Assembly: GCA_001643675.2 (NCBI GenBank) | Contig: LSRY02000068.1 | Coordinates: 186,001 to 250,000 of the forward strand | Direction of reading: 5' to 3' | Length of the DNA stretch: 64,000 bases | From: Monocercomonoides exilis PA203 | Lineage: Eukaryota > Protista > Preaxostyla | Shown here: positions 14,769 to 36,197 of the stretch, piece after piece | Layout: each line of letters starts with the position of its first letter | How positions within the stretch are numbered: the stretch's first letter is position 1 | The notes under the pieces: generated by a model | Database searches by the model: none | Seen by the model: only the letters and a program-made list of their open reading frames with translations | What the model was told of the DNA's origin: nothing | Made by a program: the position numbers and the translations under genes

Positions 14769-17700
14769 AATCTATCAACATCAAGTGACTCGACCAAATG
14801 GACAAAGCAAGTCCTTCCTGGTGATACACTTTTCATTCCAATTGAGCACAGCTTCTCTCATCTGAGCGTCACTCCTATCCATGGATCGCTCTTTGAGGCT
14901 AAAGGGCATTTCACCCAATGGAGTGCCACTCCACCTGTACCAGTGACAAGTATGGACGAAGGTGCCTGCATAATGCTCCTTTCTTCAGCAAAAGGCCCTT
15001 CTGTTGTCAACCCGTCGTATTCGATCAACCAGGAAGAAGGAGACCAGACTGCTCATGTTGAGGACACTGTTCAACAGACAGTCACAGCAACTTTTGCTCT
15101 CTCTTCTCGTGTTCTTCCTTCGTCTTCTGTGAAAAACGCACTTTTGCACGAAACGGCTGCTGCATCCGACGACGAAAAGGAGATTGCAGAACCAAAGACT
15201 CCGGAGCAGCGAGAAGAGGAAATACGGCTTCAAAGAGAAGAAGACAACATGGAAGAAGAACAGGTAAGCGCAAAAATTGGGATGAATGACATGTCATTTG
15301 CGCCTCCGTTTGACGAGTTGGATCATCTTATCACACGAAATCAGTCGAAGGAGAAGTCTGTAAATGCCTCTTCGCCTTCTTCTGTGTTTCATGCAATCAG
15401 CCTCAAACCCCAATGCAATCCTGCTGATGGCACAAAAGATAAAGACAAGGAAAAAGGAAAAGGAAAGAAGCAAAAAGAAGAAACTGCAAACGCAAGACAA
15501 ATTCAACAATCGACTCCATTTGCTTCTCATTTCTTCAGCTCAGATGTCATTCAGATTATTCTATCTCCTCCTTTGGTTGTCACAAACACTCTTCCTCTAC
15601 AGATCGCATTCAAACTTCAAGAAAAAGAGATTTCTGTGCAAAAAGCCAAAAATAACTCTCAAAAGAAAAGAAGCACTCATAACGACACAGAAAGTCATAG
15701 TTCAAAGCAGGCAATAATTGAGCATCCACCTCATTTGATGTTTCCTGGCAGATTTCTACCATTTTATCATTTTGATCTTCAAAGAGAAATATCCGGAAGC
15801 ATCGCTTTTCCGCAGCTAAAGGCAAAGCAAGCAGAAGCAGCCGAGCTTTTGGCATCTGTTGGCACATCCAACAAGAATTCAGGAGAAACAGCATCAACTC
15901 CAAACTCCGAGAACAAAAATGGAAATATTGTATCAACAAATGCACCTGCAACATATCAGCCAATCTTCGCACCTCCTTCTGATCCGATCTTTGATCCTTC
16001 TTCAAACTCTTCCTCTTCTTCCACCAATTCATCTGATTCATCTTCATCTTCATCTTCATCTTCATCGACATCAAACACCGAAAACGAGAAGACGTTCTTT
16101 GTTTATCCAGAGCCTGAGGAATTCGATCTTATCAATGCCCAATATTCTCCTTCTGTTGTCCTCTTCAGTGGAGACGTGCCATCGCTTTATGTTCCATTGT
16201 CACCTGAAAGTTGTGAGGCAATTACTCGCATTGAGCTAAATGGAATGCATTTGCTGGTAAAGAACAGGTTCTATAGAAGTGGATCTCGAATTATCAAGTT
16301 TAATACTCCATTCTGGATCGTTAACAGAACCAATATTCCATTACTGTGCGTTCAGGAGAAGACGCCGCATGGAGACTATCTTTATGCACCTGGAAAATTG
16401 CCTTTTGTCCGCTCGCTTGTGAATCAAGAACGTATTCTGCGGCTGAAGAGCGAAGAGGAAGACAGAATTGCAGAAGATTTCTGGAGAAGCGAGAAAACGA
16501 GTGCAATTGCAGAGAAGCTTGCTGCTGAACCGAATGGAGAAGAGGACGAGAGAGGAGAATCATTCAGAGCTGATTATATGAGACAAGATCAGTCCGATGA
16601 AACAAACGGAAAAAATAAAAAAGAAATAGAAGAATCTACAGAACTACTCGGAAGAGCAAGAGCATTGGGAGCAAAAGTGAAGCCACTTCCTGCAGCAACG
16701 CTCCTTCCATTTACTTATTTGAATGACAAGCAGCAGTCTGAAATGCTGACCTCTTTTGCATTAGCTGAAACATGCGATCCATCCGATCCTTTCTTCAAAA
16801 GACGCGACCACAAACCAATCAAAACTCAGCCAATTTCGTTTGACAATCTGAATGGAACAAGTGAGATATCACTTAGACGCAAAGATGGCACTCAAACAGT
16901 CTTTTGCGTCACAACCCGAACGGCAGCTGCGCCATTTGACGAAGTTACAATTGTTTCACTTACGCCGCAGCTTGTTATTTCGTCAAGATACGAGAATTAC
17001 TCAATATGGATGAGAGAGTACCAGCCAGGTTCGGAGTCTTACAGAAGGGTATCCTTTGTCTCAGATGATCAAATGCCTGATTCCGCTAAAAGTCTTGTGT
17101 CGGATAAATCTTCTTCACCTTCCTCCTCCTCCTCCTCTTCTTCTTCTTCTTCAAGCGAAAGCAATCAGCTTTCTCTCTTTGAGCGTTATGCTCAGGTGGC
17201 GGCTGGTGATTCCAAGGCTTTGCTTCTTCTACCAAAATCTGCTCCACTTTCATTTGAATGGCCGAATCATTCGAAAGATTCGCTTGAAAAGAAGCTTGTG
17301 CAATTTGCACTGGTGACAGACATATTTAATGATCCGAACAGAGCCAACGAACTCAGAAGAGATGGCTCAGATGGACTCAATCCTTCCTCATCAGCAAGCT
17401 CAATGCCTTCAACTTGTGTTTCTTTTGAAGGGATTCCATTTTACAGCCCCAGACAACTTTTCTGGTCAGGCCCTGTTCCGCTTGATGCTGAAGGAGACCA
17501 TGCGCTGTTTATTGTCGATCCACAGCGAACAGACTATCCACACACACTGAACATCCACATCAGACACCATCCAGCCACGAAAGGACTGGAGGCAGTGTTG
17601 TCTCCTGAATCAATCTCTCTCGTGAACGCTGAAGAGGAAGGAGCGAGCAAAAAAGAGAAAAGTGATGCTCCATCAAATGGAAGAGGAGTTGACGATAAAA

Positions 17701-20700
17701 AGGACGAGAATGAAAATCTTATGAAACCACAACAGCGTCTTGAAACACGTTACGCAATCATCAACAAAACTGCGTTCCCGCTAACAGTTGTGCAATCCTG
17801 TTTGGCATCACTTCCTTCTGCAACTTTGGATGCTGTTGAAAACATTAACTTACGCGTCATTCCACAAAAACTCGAAAATGGCTTGACTTCTTGCGTTCTC
17901 CGTGTCCCTCCGTTCACAAGAGTACCCTTTGCGTGGTTTGACTGCTGTGAAAAGAAGGAGATTGTTGTGTACTTCACAGGAACAGAGGAGAAAAGAGAAT
18001 ATGCGTTTGGTGAAATGAAGGACTTTGGTGCCATTACTCTAACAAGACCACTTTCACAGGTTGCTCTTTTGCACGAAGACAAAAGGAAATCCATTCAAAC
18101 AACGTCATCTCCACAGACAGCTATGATGAAAAAACAGAGAGAAGACTTTATTACAGAACGAGTATATATTTCTGCCTTTCCAATCGGAATTTCGTTCGTG
18201 ATGTCTGCTTCTTACCACGAAAAAAGCGCAAAAACGTCTCAGTTTGAGCGCCTTGAAAGAGCAGAACGGAGGCAGCTGCAGCTGAGAGCAGCAGCAATCG
18301 CAGCCTCGATGAAAAAGTCTTTCAAGCGCAGAATTTTGGAACTCGAGCGAAAGAAGCTTCTGGAAGAGAAGGCAAAGGAAATGGAAGACAGTTCAGATGA
18401 CGATAGCGACGATAGCTCTGAAGATGAAAGCAATCAACGAATGAAAAATCTTAGTGAAGAACAGAAAGTGAATATAAAGAAAGAGCAAAATGCAGAAGCA
18501 CTTCCAAATGCTCCTGTAACAACGCTTATGACAGCTGCTGGAATCACAGATGATTCGCAAACTGCTCTAACAGAATCAACGAATTCAGCAGCATTTCTAG
18601 ACGACGCTGTTCAATCTCCACAAATCTTTGAAAGCAATGGAAAGAAATCTGAATTTATTAAAGAAGGAGAAGAGGCAAGTGATACAGAAGAAGAATATGA
18701 TGAAGATGATGAAGATGATGATGAACTGTATGCACCACTTTCACAGGTGAAGCCGATGCAAGTAATTCTTGGACTAGCTGGATTTGGATTCTCATTCAAC
18801 ACTTCTGGGTCGGTGGATCTTTTCCAGCCGAAGCGTCCTGAAGAGTTGATGTTCTTCTCGATGGGAAAGATTTCGCTGAGCTACGTGAATACTGTAAAGA
18901 CTATGTCTGTTGAAATGTCAATGAAGTCAATGCAACTGGATGATCAGAGCCTTTCTCCAGTGTATCCTGTTGTGATTGGAAGGGAGCAGGGCTCAACTGA
19001 TGGCAATCAGTCGAGTGAAATACAGGAGAAGATGAGAAAACGAGGTGGAAAAGAAAACGAAAGAAATCTGAAGCGAATGGAAAGCGGTGAAAGATCAAAG
19101 CAGATGCATAACAACATGGGAGACTCACAGCAGAATCCGATGATTTTCCTCACATTCATAACACAAAAAGGTGAGTCAAATATGATATTTGTGAAGATGT
19201 TCAGTATTCTCATCCAAACAATTGAAGTTGGCATTAACGAAGAATTCCTCCTTCGCGTGGCGTCATTTGTGAAGGACGAGATTCTGCCGATAACTTCTCT
19301 GATGAACAAGAAATCCTCTTCTTCTTCTTCTCTCTCTTCACGCCTTGTAACACAAGAAGAAGACCATCATATTGTTTCCGCCAACATTAACGACTGTCTG
19401 GCTACTCTTCGTCTTGGTCGCACCTTCTCCTCCACTCCTTTCCAGCCTTCAATCACTTCTCTGCTTGCTGTTCGTGCACAGACACAGCTGAACGAGACGA
19501 TGCCTCCGTCGCAGGTGAATGCTCAGTCAGCTGCAAAAAGATACATCTTTGGCGAGTTCGTCTTTTTGCAACCGATCCGCGTCTCTTTGTCTCTTTCTAT
19601 TAGTGATATCTCCCGCTTTGGATCTTTTGGCGTGTTCAAGCCACTTCTTGGCCTCTCCACATCTCTTTTCTCACTTGACCACGCCAACATCGATCTGAAT
19701 GCATTGTTTGTGATGAACCTGCATGGCGAAGTTAACGACATCGTCTCGCGCGTCAAGGGTCACTACATTGCCGAGGGAACGACTCAGATAATGAAGCTCC
19801 TTGGATCGCTGGAGCTGCTTGGAAATCCTCTTGGCTTCGTCTCCTCGCTTGGAACGGGAGTTGTGGGGATGTTCTATGAACCTGCAAAGGGAATAACGAA
19901 AGGACCAGGCGAATTCCTGAACGGGCTAAGGAAAGGAGGAACAAAGCTTATTCAGAACTCAGTGTTTGCGTTGTTTGGATCAGCAAGCAAGATCACAGGC
20001 ACTTTGTCGCGTGGAATTGCGCAGCTGTCGATGGACGATGAATACATCAGAGAAAGAAAGCAGCGTGCTGCACAAAGGAAACCAAAACATGTTCTTTCTG
20101 GAATAGCACAGGGATTTGTGGCGATGGGAGCAGGGATTGGAAAGGGGCTGGCAGGGATTGTTGTGCAGCCCATTAAAGGCGCACAGAAAGGAGGAGTGCT
20201 TGGATTCATGAAGGGAGTAGGGAAGGGTCTTGCTGGAGCGGTGGTACGTCCGACTGCCGGAGTGCTTGACTTGGCAACGATGACACTGAGTGGCATTCAG
20301 AACACAGGAAATCTTCTTGATGGAAGTAGCAGCGAAGGAGGAAGAGTACGACCTGTGCGAAATGTTCTGGCGAGCGGGCTTATAACGACATTTGATTGGG
20401 CAGCAAGCAAAGGATACGAATGTATGCTTCTCACCGGGTTTGTCAGTCCAAAAGAGGAGCTTGTTTTGTTTGCACCTCTCAGCGTTCACACAGCATCAGA
20501 GTTTCTTGCATCGACTTCTATTCTGGGAAAAGAAAATGATGCACTTGTTATCACAACACACAGGCTGTTTCACATCACAACTGGAACATCGTTTTTGTAC
20601 GATTTGAAGGCATCTGCTTCGTCTGGACCGTCCACTTCTCCCTCTGCTGCTGCGCGCAATTCATCTAATGAACAAGAATTTCATGTTGTCTCTTCTTCAC

Positions 20701-20924
20701 TCGCAAACGTTACAGTCGATTGGCAGGTTCTTTTCCCTAACATAATGTGCGTTCATCTAACTCCATTGGGTGACCTTACTAAAACCAATGGATTTAATAT
20801 AATGACGCTGAGAGTTAAAAGCCCCTCCACACTAAAGAGAGCAACTGTACAAGAAAAAGAATTTAAAATTCTAAATAGAGAAGCAGCCGAAGAGATTCGA
20901 AAAGAGTTAATTAAGCGCTCATAA
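1..20924 (+). CDS. VPS13: VPS13-family bridge-like lipid transfer protein, giant (>6970 aa), 5' end outside the window
   Basis: The frame is open from base 3 to TAA at 20922-20924. It has an N-proximal 'LWRWAI..V' Vps13-type segment, VAB/SHR-BD repeat signatures (FIVYNRSG, PPLVVTNTLPL, PFWIVNRTNIPL, YAIINKTAFPL) and an APT1-like 'MQLDDQ...YPVVI'. The ATG2_C/Vps13_C block 'LGSLELLGNPLGFVSSLGTGVVGMFYEPAKG...GKGLAGIVVQPIKGAQKGGVLGFMKGVGKGLAGAVVRP' is followed by a PH-like tail. Confidence 0.95.
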
Positions 20925-21652
20925 ATATTACAAACATTCATTGAATTTTAAATGTTGTTTTATCTTTTCTTATGAAGTTAATGATTTTTCTGATTTTCAG
21001 GTTTTGAAGAACTTTTTTTTAACTATTGACTATTAAATGTTTTCCAGTCACACCATTTTTATGTTTGTTTTAAAAGTTAAAACTTTAAGATTTTTATATG
21101 TTTTGAATCTGTTGGTTGTATGTAGTTTGATGAGTTTTTTTTTCTTTTCGATTGATATTTTGATGCAAAATTTGCAAAAAATAAATAAAAGATTCTCCTT
21201 TGAAATGTTTTTGTTTTTTTATTTTTGAAAAAAAATCATTATGTTCTTTATCAGAATTAATAGTATTAAGACTTAAAAATCTTAAAAAAAAAAACCTAAA
21301 AATAAAAAATAAATTGTTTCATAAAAAAAATAAAAAATAAATAATAAAAAAATAAATTACTTTGATTTCAAAAAAAAAGCAAAGCCAATCATAACACTTG
21401 CAAAATGGTCAAAGCTGAAAAATAAAATGTATTTCTAAAATTTAACACGAATAAACATAATGAGAATTGAAAGGTTTTGTTTGAATTAAAATAACTTATT
21501 CAAATAAACAAAATTTATTCGGAATAAATAATTTTCATTGGAATAAACTGGTGTTATCTGGAATAAACTTTGGTTATTCGAATTATTATTTTTATTTCAA
21601 TAAAATTTTCTTATTCCAATTCCATCTAATGTTACATAAATGCAGTTTTTTT

Positions 21653-22099
21653 TTACGAAATTTCAGAAGCAACTTGAGTTGAAGTTATTGCTTGAGAAGA
21701 TGTTGTCGAGGTTGGGTATTCATATGTCATAAATAAAGAATTTTGCGATTTGTGATGATTGTCATCTCTAATAAAACCATATACACCAAAAACACCAGCA
21801 CACTTTTCAATTTTATGTTCAGACTTTAATTCTGGTATTTCCAGTAAAGCTTTTGTGCATTCAAGATATTGACCAAGCTCTAAAAGAAGAAGCATGGTTG
21901 ACCTTCCCTGTGAATGTAAAAACGTATGTAACACAAGTTCCAGGTGAGAGTCGTCGTCTTCCTCCACTTCAACAGCAGACGCAGTCCATCGAGATGTTAG
22001 GACATTTTCGTCATTCCTTGTTTCCATGCCTATCACCAAATGAGCATCCTTCTGTTGTATAACTTCAGACTGGAAAAATAAAGGTGTAGAAGCCATCAT
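21653..22099 (-). pseudogene. Small orphan ORF or gene remnant, function unknown
   Basis: 148-aa ORF of normal composition in AT-rich DNA. The frame stays open ~24 codons upstream of the ATG (HAPRKSWGGAFDVFLRRHGFKKLP) and then hits TAA. No domain recognised. Confidence 0.3.
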
Positions 22100-22838
22100 C
22101 GGAAGCTTTTTAAATCCGTGCCTTCGTAAAAATACATCAAAAGCACCACCCCAAGACTTCCTTGGGGCATGTTAGATACACAATATCTGTTGACCTATTT
22201 CTTGATACTCTGAAAAATTGACTTGTGATGTGAGCTTTCTTCGGTTCCCTTGATATAATTCTCATATATTAAAAATTTTTTAATCTACAAAAGTATGCAA
22301 ACATTTCTTTTTCTTTTCAATTCCAGTTCTTGAATAAAATGTTTTTCTCAAATAAATCTCCCATAATCATATTTCATTTTTAATTAAATATGGTTATCAT
22401 CCAGTTCACTAAAATTGAGTACAAAAGATTTGAAAAGAATTTTAATATAAATAAGAAGTTTAATCCCGATTTCCCATTACAGAAGAAAACGAAACATTCT
22501 CATATTAAATTGATGCATTCTGTTACAGTTTGATTTTTGAACATTTATAAAATCGAATCTGAAAAAGTGAAAAATAAATTATGATTAGTTTTTTTTCATT
22601 TACTAACCATGAGTTATTCAATAAAGTGCATGCTCATTAGCGATGGAAAAAACAAAATAACAGCTGGATGAATGTGAAGTGATAATAAAAGCCAGATTGT
22701 CGATGTTAATATGCATATGGAAAGCATGAATTAAATTTTCAAAGAATGCATATAGATGAAAAAATATTTGTTTTAAAGATTCATCAAAATTTCGTAATGC
22801 ATGTGAGCAAGCATTTTCTAGCAATCAATAAGATTCAA

Positions 22839-24157
22839 TCAGCACAATACAAAATAATCATTGGGACAAGTTGGGATATTTAAATAGTACTTATAATGAA
22901 TGAAATATCCACATAAACTTGTGAAAATATCTTTATATCCCATTTCCTCAAATATTTCGAAAATTTCTCTCTTTAACATCTTTAATTCAACAGCGTTGCT
23001 GTTTCTGTCTTCAATTTTGCAAAGCATAACAGATACATTATTAAAGAAACTAAGAAAAGTCACTGCCAACGTTCGATGCAATGTTTCTTGAATAAGTTCC
23101 TTAATAACGAAGTCAAAGACTCCACAGTGGAGTAAGTTTTTAATTGTTTTGGTAACTAACATTCTGCTGAATAACCTAATGCCATTCATTACAATTTCGG
23201 AAGATCTGCCATCAGCTGTTCTGCACAGCGTTAAGACGCATCCAACCAATTTTTCACGATCTTCTTTGCATAACTGACACGTATCAATGCAAAACCAAAT
23301 ATCTTCGATCCATTTTAGAATCTCAACAAATTCAGTAATTTCATTCATTTCATTTTCTTCTTTGCTCCAATTTGCACACCTCGAAAGCTCTTCCAATTCT
23401 TTCTCAGCTTCTCCCACAAAATGCAATTCATTCACTATCACTCCTTCCAAACTTCTTTCATTGGGAATTCTGTGGAGCAAAAATCTCAAGGCCGATTGAT
23501 AGGCAATTTGCGTCAGATTGTGATGTTCTTGATGATAATTGATGATTTCTGTAATCTTATTCAAATATAGTTCTTTATTCACATTCTGACATAAAAGAAT
23601 AAAAAAAAACAACAAATGTTCAAACATAAGGAAAGAAGGAAAGAAAATATTCAAACAAAACATTTGTCTATTTTGCTCAACGCTAATAAAGATATCTCCA
23701 CCTCTTTTTGCATTTCCTCACTTTCTTCTTTGCTCGTGAGAGTTTTTAAAATGCAAGAAACATAAATTGGAAGCAATTCATTCGGAATGTTTTGGTCACT
23801 TTTGTTCAAAAGAAGATAGCATTCACAAAGATCTTTGAGAACCTTCTTATTATCATCATCTTGTTTCTTTGCTTCACTGACTATCATCTTTTTAAGTTTT
23901 ATGTTCAAAGAAGATTTATCAATATTAACATTTGATGCCCTTCGCAATTCTTTGAAACATCCAACGCATTTTAATAGTGACAAGGCATTTTCAATTGTTA
24001 AATTCTTTTCTTCAATCATGTAGCATATCATCTCAAATACTCCCTTTGTGAATGCACATTTCAATTCTTCCCAATTCATCTCCTCCACTAATGCGTTCAT
24101 AATTTGGACTTCTTGCTTTTTTTCATCCCCAGTACAAAAATTCAGTTTTATGATCAT
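22839..24157 (-). CDS. Two-exon member of an expanded lineage-specific helical protein family (uncharacterised)
   Basis: ORFs 23651-24157 and 22839-23663 join in frame via a phase-0 GTTTGA...CAG intron at 23586-23656, giving '...LLALSKIDKCF|NVNKELYLNKITEIINYHQEHHNLTQIAYQSA...'. I recall this motif from a large paralogous family of Monocercomonoides hypothetical proteins. The start codon is uncertain. Confidence 0.75.
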
Positions 24158-24614
24158 TTCTTCAAAGACATTTTAAACAACAACAGTTAAATAATCAAAA
24201 GAAATCTACAAAAGAATGCCTCTATATTTTTTGGCTAATGAAGTCTATTGTTACATTTCAATTGTTTATTTTTCAAAATTTTGATTATCAGGTTGCAAAA
24301 TGTTTATTTTGGAAATGATTCAAAGAAAATGCAATACAGAAAAAGAATAATACTTTTTCATTCTGAGCATAAGCAGATTTCTCTGACATTTAAATCTCTG
24401 TTGCTTCTTTGAATAACACGAAAAATTTAATTAACAATTATTAATCACTCATCAAATGAGGACAAATCATGAGGAATATTATCTGAAAAAAATGCAGAAA
24501 TAGAAACAAAATAAATACACATTTGATATAAACTGAAAATTTTTATTCTGTTATTTATTTGTATTTTTTAAAAATAAAACCATTACGAAAAAATAATAAT
24601 AATAATAATTGCTA

Positions 24615-32460
<7,846 letters not shown>

Positions 32461-32801
32461 TGATCAATTTTTTCCAACAAATCTTTCTATCACACGAGTT
32501 ATCATTTAAAAAATGTTGATTCAATATCGAATTTTGTGAAAAATATTTTTTTGTCTGCTTTTTGATAATTTTTGTCACTTTTTTAACTTTTTAAGGAAAA
32601 TTGATATTTGATTCTCTAAAAAATAATTTTGAATCTAAATTTCAAATGTGTAATGGATTTAATAATTGTTGTGTTACAAAATCTGTAATAACGTCATTAT
32701 TTTTGTTCTTCAAAGATATGAAAAATTGATGGAAAGAAATTACCCATTTTAAAAATATTATTTAATGTAATGGATTTCGATTGATTTTTTCTTTGCATTC
32801 A
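32461..32801. promoter_or_regulatory. Putative bidirectional promoter between the pseudokinase (-) and SLX1 (+)
   Basis: 341 bp separate the divergent ATGs at 32460 and 32802. An exact 12-bp direct repeat TGTAATGGATTT occurs at 32649-32660 and 32766-32777. Confidence 0.55.
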
Positions 32802-35800
32802 ATGAACTATCGGTTTTTTTGTTGTTATTTGTTACGATCTCTTGTGTCTCCTCAGAAAACATACATTGGATTTACCAGCATGTGATTTTTTTCTGATAAT
32901 TTGATTTTATGTGTATTATTTTTTACAGTTAATCCAAAACGTCGTTTGCTTCAGCATAATGGCTATCTCAAAAATGGGGCATATCGTACCTCACAAGGAA
33001 GACCTTGGACAATGGTATTTGAGATATTTTTCAAGCATTTTACAAATTTTTATTATAAAAAGTAGTGCCTATGTGTTGTTGGATTTTCTTCAAAACATGA
33101 AGCTCTTCAATTTGAATGTTTGGATGTAATTTCTTGAGCGCATGCTGTTTAGAAAAGTTTCTCTTTATTGATCTTGTGATTCTTTTTATTCTTAGGGTTT
33201 TGGCAGCACCCTGAGAGGAGCAAATCATTTATTTCTTATTGTAAAAATTTTGGCTGGGATCCATCACGAACAAGAAGTGTTACAAATCTAATAAAACTGG
33301 CTTATTACTTAATTCCTTATTTAACTCTTTTTAACGATCATCAAAAACACCTTCCCTTTCAACAGTTGGCTCGTAATTCAAAGGATATTGAATCTTCTTG
33401 CACTAAATTTGAATGGAAAAGTCATCTTCGAATTGTTATTCTTGAAGAATATCTTCAAGAAATTATTCTTAAAAGAATCCAGAAAATATGCAAACAAATG
33501 AAATTAATCCATTCAGTTGAAGATTTTGAATATCCACGAGAACAATCAGCCTCATCTAGCTCTTCCACAGCTACCCCTCCTGAAGATGAATTTTTCTGGA
33601 AAAAGACATTTTTTTTGCCAGATTCTATTTCTTCTGAAGAGTCAATTGAATCGTTCTTTTCAGATGCTATTATTCCTTCTGAAAGCTCTCACAGATTTAT
33701 GGCAGAACGACAAAAGCAGAAGATAATTTCACCGAATCCAGGAAGTTGTTTTATTGAAGTCTCAACGATGAAAATGGCCAAGCTGATGGAGAAAGTCCAT
33801 TTACTTTGCAGTCGACAGAAGACAACTATGCCCAGAATGGATGAATGCGATGCAGAAGGATATGAAAGCTACGAAGACGATGAATTCGATGGTGATGGCG
33901 ATGGTGACGGTGATGGTGACGGCGATGGCGATGATAAAGATATGAATGAAACTTCGGTTTTGAATGGCTCGAAAAGGAAAAACGATGAAAACAGAAAACG
34001 GAAAAAATCTGAATATTTTTGTGGAATGACTTCAAGACAAAGCAGAAAATATATGTTGATGCAGAGAAGAGCGAAAGGAACAGAGCAAGAGACAGAAATA
34101 GTGCTCAACATTGTGTTTGACGACAATGGCAGCGAAGACTGTGAAGCTGATTATAGACGAAAGAAAGCAATAAAAAGAAAAAGGATCATCAAAGAAAATG
34201 AAGAAGTGCAAAATGAAGGAAATGATTCAAGCAATGCTGAGATAATGAGACTTCTTCTGAAAAAGAAGAAGAAACTGAAGAAACAGAAAAAAGCCGTTTT
34301 GAAATTGTCGCAAAAGATTGAAAACGAAGCAGATAGATTCAGTCTATTTCAACACATCTGTCCTTCTTCTGCGAAGAAATCGTTGTTCAATCACAAATCT
34401 CTTGTTGGCTCTTCTTCCGACGATTCGCAATTGCCTTTTTCTTCGTCTGAAAAGTCGTCTTTTTGTGATTCATTTTCTTCGTCTTTTGTTCCTCCTGATT
34501 TGCCTCTGGATGATCTACAGCCATCTGAAGCATCACACAACTGCTCATCTGATTCTTCTGTTTCAAAAACACTTTCATTTTCAAATTATTCCCCACTTCT
34601 TTCTTTGCCGCCAACTCCATCGGTTTCTTCTCCTGTGATTTGTTTGTCTTCTTCCCCTTCTTTTGCCACATCCCCTCCTCTTCCTCCTTCAAAAGACACT
34701 TCTTTTGACACTTCTCCTTTGCCGTTCGATGATTCGCCTTCAACGTCATCTTTTCATTCGTCTCATTCACTCAACTCAGACATAATTGTGATTGATGCTG
34801 AAGAGGAATGCGCTGAAAAACTATCTTCTTCTTCATCCTCTTCTTCCTCCTCCTCCTCCTCTTCTTCTTCTTCCTTCTCCTCTTCTTCTTCATCTTCTTC
34901 CTCCTCTTCTTCCTCCTCTTCCTCTTCCTCTTCTTCACATATACGTTTCACTCCAAATTATTCTGACTTAACACTTCCATCTTTTCATTATCCACCGTCT
35001 TCTTCGTCTTCGATGCGGATGCCCCGTTCCTCATTAACGCCATCAAACAATTATTTAAATCATGTTTTGCCTTCTTCTTCTTCTTCTTCTTTCGGATTCT
35101 CTTCATATTTTGAAAATCCTTCGTCTTTAACATTTTCTTCTTCTTCTGCTTCTGCTTCTGCTTCTGCTTCTGCTTCTGCTTCTGCTTCTGCTTCTGCTTC
35201 TTTTATCGCATCTGCTTCTTCCATCGCATCTAAATCATCAGCCTTTCAAATCGAGCATTGCACAGCTTTGGCTTCTGATTGTTCCCCAAATGGAGCTGAA
35301 TGTGATTCTTCCTCTGTTGGATGCTCAGATCTAAACTCGAACAATCTTCTTTTCGATGCCTCTTTATCCAAATCTGCAGATGATTTTTCGCCTTTCTCTC
35401 AGTCAAATTCTTCTCCATCATTAATATCACTCACACCCTCCATTCCACCCACTTCACCTTCATCTCTACATTCTCCGCTGATTGCTATGCTCGACGAAGA
35501 CAAATCCCATTCAACACTTCAGACTGCTTCTTCAATCCACTCACAATCTCAACCCCAATCACACACATTCATTCATTCACATCTTCCTGCTTTATCTGCC
35601 TCTGCATTTGCTGCCAATCTGAAATTGGATTCGCTTTGCTTTTTCTGCAAAGGGGCTTCTTCTGCTTACAATTTGCTGTTTTGTCCGTTTTCGTTGTGCA
35701 CAATGTCTGCTCATCCGCTCTGCCTCAAAGAATACTTTAACAGCGAAAGAAATGCTGAGAGAAATTCCTTTAAAAGTTCATCAATAAAAACATGTGAAGT

Positions 35801-35978
35801 GAAACATGAATTAACACAAAAATCAGTCAATGAATCTTCCCAATCGATTATTTCTGGAATTTGCCCAATTTGCCAAAATCATTTATTGTATTCTGATTTA
35901 TTGAAACAGAGAAGAAACAGAATAAACAAAGAAAAAGAAAGTAGAATTGAGAAATTAAAGAAAAATACAAGATCATGA
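32802..35978 (+). CDS. SLX1: Structure-specific endonuclease SLX1 (GIY-YIG + C-terminal RING/PHD-type Zn finger), 4 exons, ~998 aa
   Basis: Exons 32802-32877, 32929-33014, 33066-33117 and 33196-35978 spell [37 protein letters not shown]...[36 protein letters not shown], the SLX1 signature. The C-terminal finger reads CFFC...[14 protein letters not shown]...CPIC. The ORF track (33366-35978) captures only part of exon 4. Confidence 0.92.
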
Positions 35979-36197
35979 ATCCCTTTTGTTTAAGGTTTGA
36001 ATAATTTAAAACGAAAACAAATGGTTTCAATTCATCGCAAATTGTTGAAACATTTTTTTTGTATTCATTTATCGCGTTGCCATTTAAAAATTATTTCAAA
36101 AATTTCAACAGCCTGTTCAGATTATTTTTAATTAAAAAAGCCTTATGAAATAGCAGTTATGAGAATTGGATGAATTTGTTCGATTTGGTTAATAAAT

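Noticed and set aside
85-20941. Antisense and alternate-frame ORFs within VPS13
   Set aside because: These are shadow ORFs of a low-complexity coding strand with no independent domain signal.
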